NCBI GenBank assembly: GCA_965218295.1
Contig: CBDCKN010000015.1
Coordinates: 480,001-544,000, forward strand
Length of the DNA stretch: 64,000 nt
Reading direction: 5' to 3'
Source of the DNA: Longimicrobiales bacterium
GTDB taxonomy: Bacteria > Gemmatimonadota > Gemmatimonadetes > Longimicrobiales > Gaopeijiaceae
Below are positions 49,921 to 60,572 of the stretch, piece by piece (positions within the stretch are counted from its first letter, which is position 1; every line of letters begins with the position of its first letter). Under the pieces are notes generated by a model that was not told where the DNA came from, made no database searches, and was given only the letters and a program-made list of their open reading frames with translations. Both the position numbers and the translations under genes were made by a program.

Positions 49921-50174
49921 GGCGGTGAGGGACTCCGCCCCTTCGATCCCCTAGGGAGGCCCGCGCTCCGCTGCGGCGTGACCTATGGAGTAGCGCCGGG
50001 TGTTCCCGGCGGCGCCCCGGCAGACCCTGAGAGGCAGGATCCCGCGTTGCCTACTGCATCCGGTTCGCCTGCTCGACGGCCTGACAGGCGAGTACTCGGC
50101 CCACGGAGGCGTTCATCTGGCCCTGCGGCAGGGCGGTAGTGAGGGCTCGGTAACGCATGCCGGTCTCTTGTCGT

Positions 50175-50285
50175 CCCATGGCCTGTCCCGCGCCTCGGGA
50201 TCAGAACATCGGAGGTAAGCCCGGTGCGAAGGCGGCGGCCTGCGCGGATCGTGATCCGAGGCAGCCGGTTCAGGGCCGTCAGGGT
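50175..50285 (-). pseudogene. virB10 C-terminal remnant
   Basis: LNRLPRITIRAGRRLR..LTSDVLIPR matches the end of 22413..23687. Confidence 0.7.
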
Positions 50286-50799
50286 GTCCATACCAGCTAC
50301 ATTGAGGAGCCGGTTCCGTGCAGTGTCAAGCACGGCAAGAGAGGGGAGATTCCAGGAGGTCAACCACGTCCCACAGCCGGATCGGGCTCCGCCAGCGCCC
50401 GATCGAGCTTCTCCCGGAGGGCCTGAGGAAAGCCTCGATCACGGTCGATCGAAGTGCGTTCGATCCGGGACAGTTCGGTAACCGAGGCACTCCCCGGATC
50501 CTGGCCGAGCATGAACGCAAAGCCATGGCTCGGCCGAGCGGCGCGGCTTGGGCCGAGTGGCTCGTGTGCGAGTCGTGCGCCGATATTGTGATCCGCCACG
50601 GGGACGCGGCTAGCCGGTCAGGCAGGAGCTATTAGGCCACGTCAGCTAGAGCTCTTCGCGCAGCCCACCGATCCCGGGACACGCTCCGAGGGGAGCTCCA
50701 AGCGGCGGCCACCGCCATCGCGGCCACCGAGTCTGTTCGATTAGCGATCCCGTAGGGCGGGGGAAGCGTGTCGAACGCTGCCGCGTCCCGCCTTACTTG

Positions 50800-50839
50800 C
50801 CCTGCCTTGCCCTGCCGAGCCACGCCAGGCCATGCCAGG
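50800..50839. repeat. Tandem pentamer array (CCNNG)x8
   Basis: CCCTG CCTTG CCCTG CCGAG CCACG CCAGG CCATG CCAGG. Confidence 0.75.
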
Positions 50840-50855
50840 GCTTCGACGATCGCAG

Positions 50856-50896
50856 ACCCCGAGGGGACCGGTCCCCTTCGGGTTTGTGCTCTTTTC
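50856..50896 (+). terminator. Putative intrinsic terminator
   Basis: GC stem CCCGAGGGGAC-CG-GTCCCCTTCGGG then TTTGTGCTCTTTT. Confidence 0.5.
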
Positions 50897-50945
50897 TAGG
50901 GTCGGAGAGAGCGCCAGCCAACCCGAGGGCGGACATCGGCTATTT

Positions 50946-51506
50946 CTACAGCCCGCATTCCTGATAGCCCGAGTCCAGACATCGACGGGCAAGCTCCAGA
51001 GCGCGTTCGAGTTCGTCGGCTGTCAGGGACAGCTCGATGTCGGTCCTGTCGTCGAATGCAAAATCGCTTCCGTTGACCGAGGCCAGGTTAAACCACATGT
51101 GCGCGAGTACAAAGTCCCTCTCACCCACGCCACCTGTCCCGGTGGCGTATCTAAGCGCGATGGAGCGTTGAGCAGGGGCGTACCCTTGTGCAGCTGACAA
51201 GGATATTAGGCGCAATGCCTCGGCGTCGTCTTCCAGGACGCCGATACCGGCATCATACCTGTATCCGAGAGCGTACTGCGCCTCTGCATTCTCTTGATCG
51301 GCCAGCTCGCGAAACAGGCGCGCGGCTTCGGCGAAATCTCCTTGCTCTTCGAGGTCCAGTGCGGCCTGTATCTCGCGGTCGTCACCGCGAGTACAGCCAT
51401 GGACTACGAGCAAGCCGAACAGTACAATGAGAACCGCACCGGCCGCTCGTTGCGCTCGTTCCTCCTGGCGCTTCTTACTGCGGTGAGCCTTCTTCATCGG
51501 TTCCAT
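50946..51506 (-). CDS. Sel1-repeat (TPR-like) protein with N-terminal TM
   Basis: LADQENAEAQYALGYRYDAGIGVLED, AAQGYAPAQ, RDFVLAHMWFNLA. Confidence 0.88.
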   Translation of the reverse strand: MEPMKKAHRSKKRQEERAQRAAGAVLIVLFGLLVVHGCTRGDDREIQAALDLEEQGDFAEAARLFRELADQENAEAQYALGYRYDAGIGVLEDDAEALRLISLSAAQGYAPAQRSIALRYATGTGGVGERDFVLAHMWFNLASVNGSDFAFDDRTDIELSLTADELERALELARRCLDSGYQECGL

Positions 51507-51523
51507 CTCCGTGTGTGAGCCTC

Positions 51524-51565
51524 CGGTTTTGCTTACGATAAGTCCAATTATCGTAAGCAAAACCG
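51524..51565. repeat. Perfect 18-bp inverted repeat with 6-nt spacer
   Basis: CGGTTTTGCTTACGATAA-GTCCAA-TTATCGTAAGCAAAACCG. Confidence 0.85.
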
Positions 51566-51591
51566 ACGACCTGCGGGCTCGACGCACGCAG

Positions 51592-52074
51592 TCATCCCAA
51601 CACCCTCAACGTTACGGGCCCCCCGCCATCCGTGATCAGCTCACCGATGTACTTGGGGGGGTCTCCTTTGGGCCACGGCGGCCCGTCCTGGGCACAATCT
51701 CCGCGCCGCTTCATCCAGTCCCCGATCAGTCCCCGATCTTCGCGGGACTTATAGGACTTGAACTCAGGGCAAGTACTCCAAAACGAGTCCTTCACGTTTA
51801 CGCTCACGGAGACGTCGCTGACCTCTCCCGGAAGCACTATGGTGAGACCCTCGCATTGGAGCCGGTCCTTCCATGGAAGGAACAGCCGTTTGCGGTCCGT
51901 CCTCGCTACACTGAGCCCGAAATACCGATAAGATCCGTCCTCGCCTTTTCTCCCGCCGAACCAGCCCGTGAGTGTGAGTTCCTTCCCACCGGCTCGGATT
52001 CTCCCCGGACTCCTACTACCCCCTACCATTCCGGTATGCCAATCACATCGCCCTGGAAGCTTCCGATTGCCCAC
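51592..52074 (-). CDS. Hypothetical protein (start uncertain)
   Basis: Protein-like composition (VSVNVKDSFWSTCPEF..IGDWM..PWPKG.PP), co-oriented with neighbours. Confidence 0.55.
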   Translation of the reverse strand: MGNRKLPGRCDWHTGMVGGSRSPGRIRAGGKELTLTGWFGGRKGEDGSYRYFGLSVARTDRKRLFLPWKDRLQCEGLTIVLPGEVSDVSVSVNVKDSFWSTCPEFKSYKSREDRGLIGDWMKRRGDCAQDGPPWPKGDPPKYIGELITDGGGPVTLRVLG

Positions 52075-54245
52075 GGGCTAGGCGCCTCCGCAGCGGGGGA
52101 GCGGAAATCCGGGTCGTACTGACCGTCTCGGCACCCAGTGAAGTCCCAAGTCCACCTTTCAGGATCCAATTTTCGGCCAGGGGCCATGGAGGGGTCGTAG
52201 ATGTAGCCCTCAGCGAGGGACGCCATCGTCAGTTCCGTCACTGTGCTTGTCTCGGTGAAGGAAGAGCCCATGATGTCGAAGTGGCCCGCGCATCTATCCC
52301 AGTGGGCGTGATCGACCGTCAGCGGGATCTTCGGGGTTGTCTCCGGGAAGTCCGTTCCGCCCATCCGGTCGAATACGGCAATGGCTTCCGGGTCTGTGAA
52401 GTAGGCATGCCAGGGCTTCTCTGGGTCGGGGACCCTGAGCCACTCGAGCCACCTATAGCTCGTCCCGATTCCGAGCACGTGGGCGATCTCGTGCATCGTT
52501 ACGGTGTGCAACCACCGAACGAAATCCGCTTCGTATGTCGTGTTACCCTCAAACTCCTTGAGAAGCTTCCCGTTTAGGGCGATCAGTCCCATAGGCGGCA
52601 TGGGCACGTCCGACGTCCCGTGATCACCCGCCCGGTTCCTGCAAGCCCACCCCCAACGGCCCGGTAGAGTGGAGTCGTTCACCACGTACAGGTGCAGACC
52701 GGGAGCCAAGGTCTCACCGGCCTCGAACGGTTCAATCTTACCAAACTGTTTGCATGCTTCGGGCCGCGCTTCCCACGCCATCGTGTCCCACGGGCGGTCG
52801 AACCTGAACGTCCCCACTCTGGTCGGTGCTAGGATCCGACCCCACGCCGCAGCCGCGGACTCCATCCCCCGGCGAAGATTGTCGGGGACATCCCCGAGGT
52901 AGTTCACGTGGATCGGGTAGCGGAACTCTGGTGAAGGGATCGCTACGGTGACTTCGGCACTTCCACTACCCGATCCCAGCCAGCCCACGTTCCCTTGGGA
53001 GGTCGTAGCAGTGATTGTCGCTGTGCCCTCGGCGAGACCCGTCACCCTGTGAGGGTTTCCGCGCCCGCGCCCGTCCACTTGCACCACCAGCGGGTTATCC
53101 GACGACCAGCCGAAAAAGACTGGGCCGCGAATCGGCATCCCGTCCCAGCGACCCTCATAGTATACCGTATGCCCGTTGGCATCGAACGACTCCGCAGTCA
53201 ACACCACGATCCCGCTGCCCCAAATCGTATCGGCCGCGGGCGACACCACGACTTCTGCGACGGCTTGGCGTACTTCGATGTCCCACCGGTACTTGGCTAC
53301 TGGACCAGACGTTGCCGTGATCCCGGTCCGGACCCGGCCTTGGCTCGTTGCGGTGTAGCGAGAGTTACTCACCGCCGTCACCAGGCCCAATGAATCCACC
53401 GTCGCCACCGAAGGATCGCCTGACTCCCAGGATGTTTTCGCTCCCACGACGTCACGGCCGTTCTCGTTATATGGAATCGCCGTCAGCTGCCTTGTCTCAC
53501 CTAACGACGACAGGACGAAGGGTCCGGTCGAGCGTGTCCCGAAGTATGCCGGATGTGTTACGGTGATCAGCAACCGCCCGGTCACCAGACCAGCCGCCGC
53601 GGTGACTTCGGTCGAGCCAAGGGTCAACGCCTCCACCCGCCCGAAAGAGTCCACCCGGACGACTGTCGTGTCCGCGCTCGCCCATGCAAGGTCGGCTCCG
53701 GTTATGGGATGCCCGTTCTGATCCTTCACTGTCGCACGTAGGTGGATGTCCCCTCCGGGTGCGATGCTCACACTGCCAGGCCGCGTGAAGCTCAGCGCGG
53801 TGTCCGGTTCCACTACGACCGCAGCCGGTGCCTGACGCACCGTGATACGTGCCGGAACCTGTCAACGCCAGTGAGACACTCTTGGAAATCAATTAGAGAG
53901 CAATCTCCTGTGTAGTGAGGGATGGGGTGGGAGGATTGATCCAGACGGCCTCCGGGAGTGGTTTAGGCTTCGGCTCACCGGAGACGAAGCGCTCGGGATG
54001 AGCGGCCCATGCCTCACGGAGCACGGCCTTCCTGCAGGCGATGATCCGATCGGCGTGACCGAAGTGGACCTGTTCGGGGGTCAGCATCGAGATGCCGCCA
54101 TGGCGGTGCTCGGCATTATACCAACGGAAGAACGAGCGACAGAAGGTCTTGGCTTGCCCCTGATCCCCGAACCCCTCTCTGCCAACTTACGTGAGACACG
54201 GAGCAGCTAAGGAATTAGAGTAGGGCGAAGGCAGAGAAACCGAGG

Positions 54246-54695
54246 ATGCTGAGACACCGAGAGAGAATGAAAGAGAATGGAATAGCCCCACCAACCTGGG
54301 ACGGTAAGCGAAGCGCGGCAGCTCCTGCGGACTCGGAGGTGGTAGATAGGCCGCTGCGCCGGCGGTTCGCTCCGTCGTACAAGCTGCGGATCGTCGAAGA
54401 AGCGGACCGGTGCACGGAGCCCGGAGAGGTTGGCCGACTCCTACGGCGGGAGGGCTTGTACTCGTCGCACCTGACGACATGGCGCAAGGCGGCGCATAGC
54501 GGGTCCCTGAAAGCGCTGTCGAAGAAACGAGGCCGTAAGCGCGAGCGCAATCCGCTGGAGGAGAAGGTGCGCAAGCTGGAGCGCGAGAACACTCGCCTCG
54601 AGAAGGAGCTCCAGAAGGCGCACTTGATCATCGACGTCCAGGGAAAAGTTGCAGGGCTGCTGGGATTGAGCCTCGAGGACGGGACGAACTCATGA
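54246..54695 (+). CDS. IS3-family OrfA
   Basis: Identical protein to 1573..2022. Confidence 0.9.
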   Translation: MLRHRERMKENGIAPPTWDGKRSAAAPADSEVVDRPLRRRFAPSYKLRIVEEADRCTEPGEVGRLLRREGLYSSHLTTWRKAAHSGSLKALSKKRGRKRERNPLEEKVRKLERENTRLEKELQKAHLIIDVQGKVAGLLGLSLEDGTNS

Positions 54696-55699
54696 AGGCG
54701 ACCCAGGAGCTAGCCAAGCACGTAGGGGTGAAGCCCGCGTGCGATGCGCTCAGGGTGCCGCGAGCCACGTTCTACCGTCGTCGGAGGCCATCGACCGGGC
54801 ATCAGCAGCCCCGCCCGACCCCCGCCCGGGCCTTAAGCGAGAAGGAACGAGACAAGGTCTTCGACACGCTGTGTTCGGAGCGGTTCGTGGACCGGTCCCC
54901 AGCCGAGGTGGTGGCGACGCTGCTCGACGAGGACGTCTACCTGTGCAGCGAGCGTACGATGTATCGCGTTCTGGCTTCCCAGGTGCCGGTTCAGGAGCGT
55001 CGAGCGCAGCGGAGTCATCCCAAATACCAGAAACCCGAGTTGATGGCGAGGGGCCCGAACCAGGTCTGGTCCTGGGATATCACCCGGCTGCTGGGGCCGA
55101 AGAAGTGGAGTTACTTCTACCTCTACGTGATCCTGGACATCTTCAGCCGCTACGTCGTGGGATGGATGGTGGCGGATCGGGAGAACTCTGCCCTGGCCAG
55201 CCGGCTGATCCAGCAGAGTTGCTTGAAGCATGGCGTCCAGCCCCACCTCCTGACCCTGCATTCCGATCGAGGGGCTCCGATGACGAGCCAATGCACGGCT
55301 CAACTACTCGCCGATCTCGGCGTGACCCGCTCGTTGGGCCGACCCCAGGTCTCGGATGACAATCCGTTCTCCGAGGCTCAGTTCAAGACCTTGAAGTACC
55401 ATCCCTCGTTTCCCGGCCGGTTCGGGGATCAGGGGCAAGCCAAGACCTTCTGTCGCTCGTTCTTCCGTTGGTATAATGCCGAGCACCGCCATGGCGGCAT
55501 CTCGATGCTGACCCCCGAACAGGTCCACTTCGGTCACGCCGATCGGATCATCGCCTGCAGGAAGGCCGTGCTCCGTGAGGCATGGGCCGCTCATCCCGAG
55601 CGCTTCGTCTCCGGTGAGCCGAAGCCTAAACCACTCCCGGAGGCCGTCTGGATCAATCCTCCCACCCCATCCCTCACTACACAGGAGATTGCTCTCTAA
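54692..55699 (+). CDS. IS3-family transposase OrfB (variant allele)
   Basis: As 2019..3026 except RRPS and EKERDKV. Confidence 0.93.
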   Translation: MKATQELAKHVGVKPACDALRVPRATFYRRRRPSTGHQQPRPTPARALSEKERDKVFDTLCSERFVDRSPAEVVATLLDEDVYLCSERTMYRVLASQVPVQERRAQRSHPKYQKPELMARGPNQVWSWDITRLLGPKKWSYFYLYVILDIFSRYVVGWMVADRENSALASRLIQQSCLKHGVQPHLLTLHSDRGAPMTSQCTAQLLADLGVTRSLGRPQVSDDNPFSEAQFKTLKYHPSFPGRFGDQGQAKTFCRSFFRWYNAEHRHGGISMLTPEQVHFGHADRIIACRKAVLREAWAAHPERFVSGEPKPKPLPEAVWINPPTPSLTTQEIAL

Positions 55700-56466
55700 T
55701 TGATTTCCAAGAGTGTCTCACTGGCGTTGACAGGTTCCGAACCGGCCGGGAAACGAGGGATGGTACTTCAAGGTCTTGAACTGAGCCTCGGAGAACGGAT
55801 TGTCATCCGAGACCTGGGGTCGGCCCAACGAGCGGGTCACGCCGAGATCGGCGAGTAGTTGAGCCGTGCATTGGCTCGTCATCGGAGCCCCTCGATCGGA
55901 ATGCAGGGTCAGGAGGTGGGGCTGGACGCCATGCTTCAAGCAACTCTGCTGGATCAGCCGGCTGGCCAGGGCAGAGTTCTCCCGATCCGCCACCATCCAT
56001 CCCACGACGTAGCGGCTGAAGATGTCCAGGATCACGTAGAGGTAGAAGTAACTCCACTTCTTCGGCCCCAGCAGCCGGGTGATATCCCAGGACCAGACCT
56101 GGTTCGGGCCCCTCGCCATCAACTCGGGTTTCTGGTATTTGGGATGACTCCGCTGCGCTCGACGCTCCTGAACCGGCACCTGGGAAGCCAGAACGCGATA
56201 CATCGTACGCTCGCTGCACAGGTAGACGTCCTCGTCGAGCAGCGTCGCCACCACCTCGGCTGGGGACCGGTCCACGAACCGCTCCGAACACAGCGTGTCG
56301 AAGACCTTGTCTCGTTCCTTCTCGCTTAAGGCCCGGGCGGGGGTCGGGCGGGGCTGCTGATGCCCGGTCGATGGCCTCCGACGACGGTAGAACGTGGCTC
56401 GCGGCACCCTGAGCGCATCGCACGCGGGCTTCACCCCTACGTGCTTGGCTAGCTCCTGGGTCGCCT

Positions 56467-56916
56467 TCATGAGTTCGTCCCGTCCTCGAGGCTCAATCCC
56501 AGCAGCCCTGCAACTTTTCCCTGGACGTCGATGATCAAGTGCGCCTTCTGGAGCTCCTTCTCGAGGCGAGTGTTCTCGCGCTCCAGCTTGCGCACCTTCT
56601 CCTCCAGCGGATTGCGCTCGCGCTTACGGCCTCGTTTCTTCGACAGCGCTTTCAGGGACCCGCTATGCGCCGCCTTGCGCCATGTCGTCAGGTGCGACGA
56701 GTACAAGCCCTCCCGCCGTAGGAGTCGGCCAACCTCTCCGGGCTCCGTGCACCGGTCCGCTTCTTCGACGATCCGCAGCTTGTACGACGGAGCGAACCGC
56801 CGGCGCAGCGGCCTATCTACCACCTCCGAGTCCGCAGGAGCTGCCGCGCTTCGCTTACCGTCCCAGGTTGGTGGGGCTATTCCATTCTCTTTCATTCTCT
56901 CTCGGTGTCTCAGCAT
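56467..56916 (-). CDS. IS3-family OrfA
   Basis: Identical protein to 1573..2022. Confidence 0.9.
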   Translation of the reverse strand: MLRHRERMKENGIAPPTWDGKRSAAAPADSEVVDRPLRRRFAPSYKLRIVEEADRCTEPGEVGRLLRREGLYSSHLTTWRKAAHSGSLKALSKKRGRKRERNPLEEKVRKLERENTRLEKELQKAHLIIDVQGKVAGLLGLSLEDGTNS

Positions 56917-57569
56917 CCTCGGTTTCTCTGCCTTCGCCCTACTCTAATTCCTTAGCTGCTCCGTGTCTCACGTAAGTTGGCAGAGAGGGTGCCTGCCCGT
57001 TCGCCGGGCCAGCCGTCGCGGTAATTTCGGTCGAGCCATTGCCTACCGCCGTCAGCAGGCCCGATGTGCCGACGGTCGCTACCGACGTGTTACCCGACGC
57101 CCAAGTCACGGCAGCCCTAGCCATCACGCCGGCGTGCTGATTGCGCACCTCCACCGTCAGCTGCACGATCGCGCCCAACGCGGTCAGCTCGGCCGTGGCC
57201 GGGCTCACCGTGACCGTCGTCGGACGGGCGGGCTCTGGCGTTGGAGGCGTGGTAGGGCTCTCGCCGTCCCCGCACCCCTTGGCCAAGGCCACAACCGCTA
57301 GCACCGCCGACAGCCGGATGATGGTGCGGTGACGGCTCATGGGGATTCTTCTTCACACAAGACAGTGGCTCGTCGGTCCACGGGGTCACTCCCGAACCAT
57401 CGCGAATGATTCATTATATCGAGCCCAACTTATGTGCTCTATCAGTGATGATCCAGAACAGGTGAGTTACTTTGTTGTGAAGCTATGACAGGCGGGCAAA
57501 TCCGGGACCGCTCGGGTCAAGCGAGTGGCGAACGGGGTGAGGAAAACGCTTGCGGTCGCAGCTGGCTCC

Positions 57570-57889
57570 TGGCGGCTTAGGCACCATGAGCCAGCCTACC
57601 CTTTGGGGCCACGCTTCGCGGGTCCCCGGCAGGGGCTGGCGGGGGGCTGTGCCCCCTCTGACCCTCCCAACGGCAACGGCACATGAGGGGCGCTGGACGC
57701 GACGTGTGGGTGAAGATCCGCGCCAGCGAGGCGGAGCGTGCCGAGTGGCACGCGAAGGCGTGCTCTGCAGGGTTGACGCTGTCGGATCTGGTGCGCCGGT
57801 CGGTGGGCCGGGTGCGCACCTGGACCGTGGCGCACGCCGCGGTGGAGCGAGAGCGCTTCCGCGGGATCCCGGCCTTGGACACCTCGTAA
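57570..57889 (+). pseudogene. oriT-like sequence plus truncated mobC
   Basis: TGAGCCAG (57587-57594) parallels TAAGCCAG at 39233; RASEAERAEWHAKA..RTWTVAHAAVERER aligns to mobC 39376 then stops. Confidence 0.7.
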
Positions 57890-58013
57890 GGCGCGCGTCC
57901 TGCCATGCCGCGACCTCGGCCGGACTAGGGTTGGACGCGGCAGTGCATGCGACCCTAACCTTTGAAGAGGCGGAGGAGTCCCTCAGACATTCTAATTTGG
58001 AGGCGGAACCCGG

Positions 58014-58340
58014 ATGGCCTGGCCCGACGTGCTCCGGTGGCTGGCGCTGATCGTTGGTGGTGCGGCGTCCCTCATGGGGCTGGTGTGGACGCTGCGGTGC
58101 ATCTTCCGACCGTGGATGCGGGAAGCGGCGCGGGAGGCGGCGGACGGCCTGTATGAAGCGGCTCCGGGGCAACGACTTCCGGCAGCCATGAAGGGGCTCG
58201 TGGACCGCATCGAGCGCGTGGACGCCAGGGGGCGGGGGGACCGGGCGGCGATGGAGGCCCGGATCGTAGACCGGGTGCGGGAGGACCGGGCGGCGATCCT
58301 GGAGGCCTTGGCCACCCCAAGGGATCGCCCGGGAGCCTAG
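58014..58340 (+). CDS. Hypothetical protein (TM + coiled coil)
   Basis: GGAGG upstream; hydrophobic N-terminus. Confidence 0.4.
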   Translation: MAWPDVLRWLALIVGGAASLMGLVWTLRCIFRPWMREAAREAADGLYEAAPGQRLPAAMKGLVDRIERVDARGRGDRAAMEARIVDRVREDRAAILEALATPRDRPGA

Positions 58341-58355
58341 TAGTGGACCCTGACT

Positions 58356-58625
58356 TTGTTCGGCCGTGGAAATAAGGGCTACTTGGTCTGGTGTGTGGTG
58401 CTGCTGGGAGGCATGTTGGCGTTAGAGCCGGTTGTTCGTGTGGCTTGTGAGGCGGTTCTCGACGGCCGCACGCCGCGCCCGCTCGCGCTCGTCCGGCGGT
58501 GTGTTGGGGTGATGGAAGTACAGGGGGGGGAGCTCAGTGGAGACTCTTACTTTTGGTGGTGGATCCTCCCGATGGGGCTACTGTGGTGGGGATGGGCGTT
58601 TTGGGACTCGTGGCGGAGGCCCTGA
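58356..58625 (+). CDS. Small hypothetical membrane protein
   Basis: Two hydrophobic, Trp-rich segments. Confidence 0.35.
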   Translation: MFGRGNKGYLVWCVVLLGGMLALEPVVRVACEAVLDGRTPRPLALVRRCVGVMEVQGGELSGDSYFWWWILPMGLLWWGWAFWDSWRRP

Positions 58626-59130
58626 GCCGCGCTATTCGCGACGTTCTCCCACCTGCGGCGGACGCTCTTCCGCGTGGAACGCTGGCCGCTCGGCTCCGAG
58701 CCTCGGTTGAACGGTTCAAGTCCGACAATATCCTGGAGACATTTAGGTCTAGCCTTAATCCACTGAATCTGCCGCACATGTTTATCCAGTCGGTCCCTAG
58801 CTTTTTCTTGAAAATGTCTGCAAATCTCCGCAACTTCAGCAGCTGTCTGGGCAAGCTGCACACGCTTACACTCGATGATTTGGATGTCTCTGCCAGGTTT
58901 CCATGCGCGATGCCAGCACGGAGATGACCTTGGCCGCCGCTGCATCAGCAAAGTTCGAGATCCGCGCCTCCTCCGACCCCGAGCGCGTACTAGTACTAGT
59001 CGACCTGGACGTGCTAGTCCGGCAACTCAACCGCGCTGCGCCGCGTTCGACTTTTGAGAAGGCATCCGTCGGTCCAAGTATGGTTGGGGAAGGCGGACCG
59101 TAGAGTTCCATCTTCGCGGGAAGGAATCTG

Positions 59131-60120
59131 ATGGTAGCAGAGCACCAGCCAAAAAAAGCCCATACCTATCTGGTAAGGTTGCAAGTACGGATCGGAAATT
59201 ACCTCAATACGGATGCGGAGCGTTTGACCGCTACGGTCTGGGACCGGGAGGTGTCGATAATCTCACGGACGGGTCCGCTCTCAAAGGCTGACTGGCTCGT
59301 TATGCAAGCTCGAGGGTTTCCATCCGAAGCGGACGCGAGCGAGTTTGGCGAACGACTGCGACTGCTCGTCTTGATCGCAGGCCTCTGCTCGCATCTCGGT
59401 ATCGATCCGGGCCGAGACGAAACGCGTGGGCAGTTCACGGAGGCAGGCCTTCGCGTGATGGGGTTCGAGCCCGGCTTGAGGGCGCCGCCCGAGATCCACG
59501 GAATCTCCGTCGTTCCGGACGATGGAAAGTCCGTATTCATCTACTCGAGCATGTCCGCGTCCGTGACTAGCGACCCCGCACAGCTGCTGGGCGCCGTGGA
59601 GGAACTCTCAGAGGTGGCAGAGTGCGACGCAGGCGAGTACGCCACATCCCTAGTTCTCGCTCTACGTCTTCTCAATCTCGCGATGATGTCAGACGACCGC
59701 CGGGCGAGGATCGTACTTGCGATCTCCGCAATCGAAGGATTAATACAGTCTGAGAAGTGGAGCACTAAGCAACGGCAATGCATAGACGATACCGTTACAG
59801 CACTCCGAAGGGCAGAAGATAGCGATCTCGCTGAGATCGCTGACCGCTTGCAGGGCATACAGCGAATCAGCATTCGGCAAGGCGTAACTCGCCTCTTGGA
59901 CGAAAACGGACGCCCTGACCTTAGGGTGCGATGGGATGAAATCTATGGCCAACGGAGCAAGCTGTTTCATGGCGGCGCGCAGGTCGGCCAGCATGAACTA
60001 AACCAAATCTCCCAAGCTACCGTGAAGCTCTGCGTTACGATCGTCCTGTCTATTTGCAAGAACAAAGGTATCGAGTTACCCGAAATTGCCGAAGTGCACT
60101 TTCCCGACCTTCAAGCTTGA
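59131..60120 (+). CDS. HEPN-domain protein
   Basis: LAISAIEGL then IYGQRSKLFHG (RxxxxH). Confidence 0.75.
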   Translation: MVAEHQPKKAHTYLVRLQVRIGNYLNTDAERLTATVWDREVSIISRTGPLSKADWLVMQARGFPSEADASEFGERLRLLVLIAGLCSHLGIDPGRDETRGQFTEAGLRVMGFEPGLRAPPEIHGISVVPDDGKSVFIYSSMSASVTSDPAQLLGAVEELSEVAECDAGEYATSLVLALRLLNLAMMSDDRRARIVLAISAIEGLIQSEKWSTKQRQCIDDTVTALRRAEDSDLAEIADRLQGIQRISIRQGVTRLLDENGRPDLRVRWDEIYGQRSKLFHGGAQVGQHELNQISQATVKLCVTIVLSICKNKGIELPEIAEVHFPDLQA

Positions 60121-60371
60121 TTGCCGGATTGCCCAGAGAATTGGCGGGGGATCTATCTCCTCGAGTTCCTCCTTAACCTTCCCGCTAGTTAGTGGCTTTC
60201 GGTGCCTTTTTGTCATGGCATCCCCTTCGTTCACCATGGTTAATCGTCAAGTTACGCCAGAAGCGTCGCGCTTAGTTCGCCGGAAGTCTTCACGCGTCTT
60301 CGGCACACGCTTCGCGGGGCAATCGGGGTGTCGGTGCCAGAAGCAGCTGTGCACGAAGATCACCCGGCGGC

Positions 60372-60572
60372 GTGGCCCGCCACGAGGTCGCCCGGATCGA
60401 GCAGGCAATCCGCGACATGGACGGGCGGGTGCTCAACGAGTATGGCGACCTGCAGGCCTGCCTCAAGCGGATCGTCGAGCTGAAGGACCTCCACCGATCC
60501 TCAAGTCCCGGCAGGATCATCCGCAGCTTCGCGACATGGCGTTCGAGATGGCTCCCTGGAGGCGGATCTTGA
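60372..60572 (+). pseudogene. C-terminal remnant of the 26319..27254 orphan gene
   Basis: ARIEQAIR..RVLNEYGDLQACLKRIVELKDLHRSSSPG..FATWRSR.LPGGG near-identical. Confidence 0.85.

Larger units (their letters stand above)
54173..55739 (+). mobile_element. IS3-family element, copy 4 (1567 bp)
   Basis: 3-bp TSD AAC inside copy 3 orfB. Confidence 0.95.
53853..56989 (-). mobile_element. IS3-family element, copy 3, interrupted by copy 4
   Basis: 3137 bp = 1567+1567+3; 3-bp TSD TGC; orfA 56467..56916 intact, orfB split. Confidence 0.93.
52023..57340 (-). pseudogene. Lipoprotein with tandem Ig-like (Big_2) domains and HExxH (M8/leishmanolysin-like) peptidase, split by nested IS3 copies
   Basis: Signal + Cys (AKGC), W.S.D.SVATVD..GLVTAV repeats, HEIAHVLG; GQA|RITVRQ rejoins in frame (2178 nt, 725 aa). 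Confidence 0.85.
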
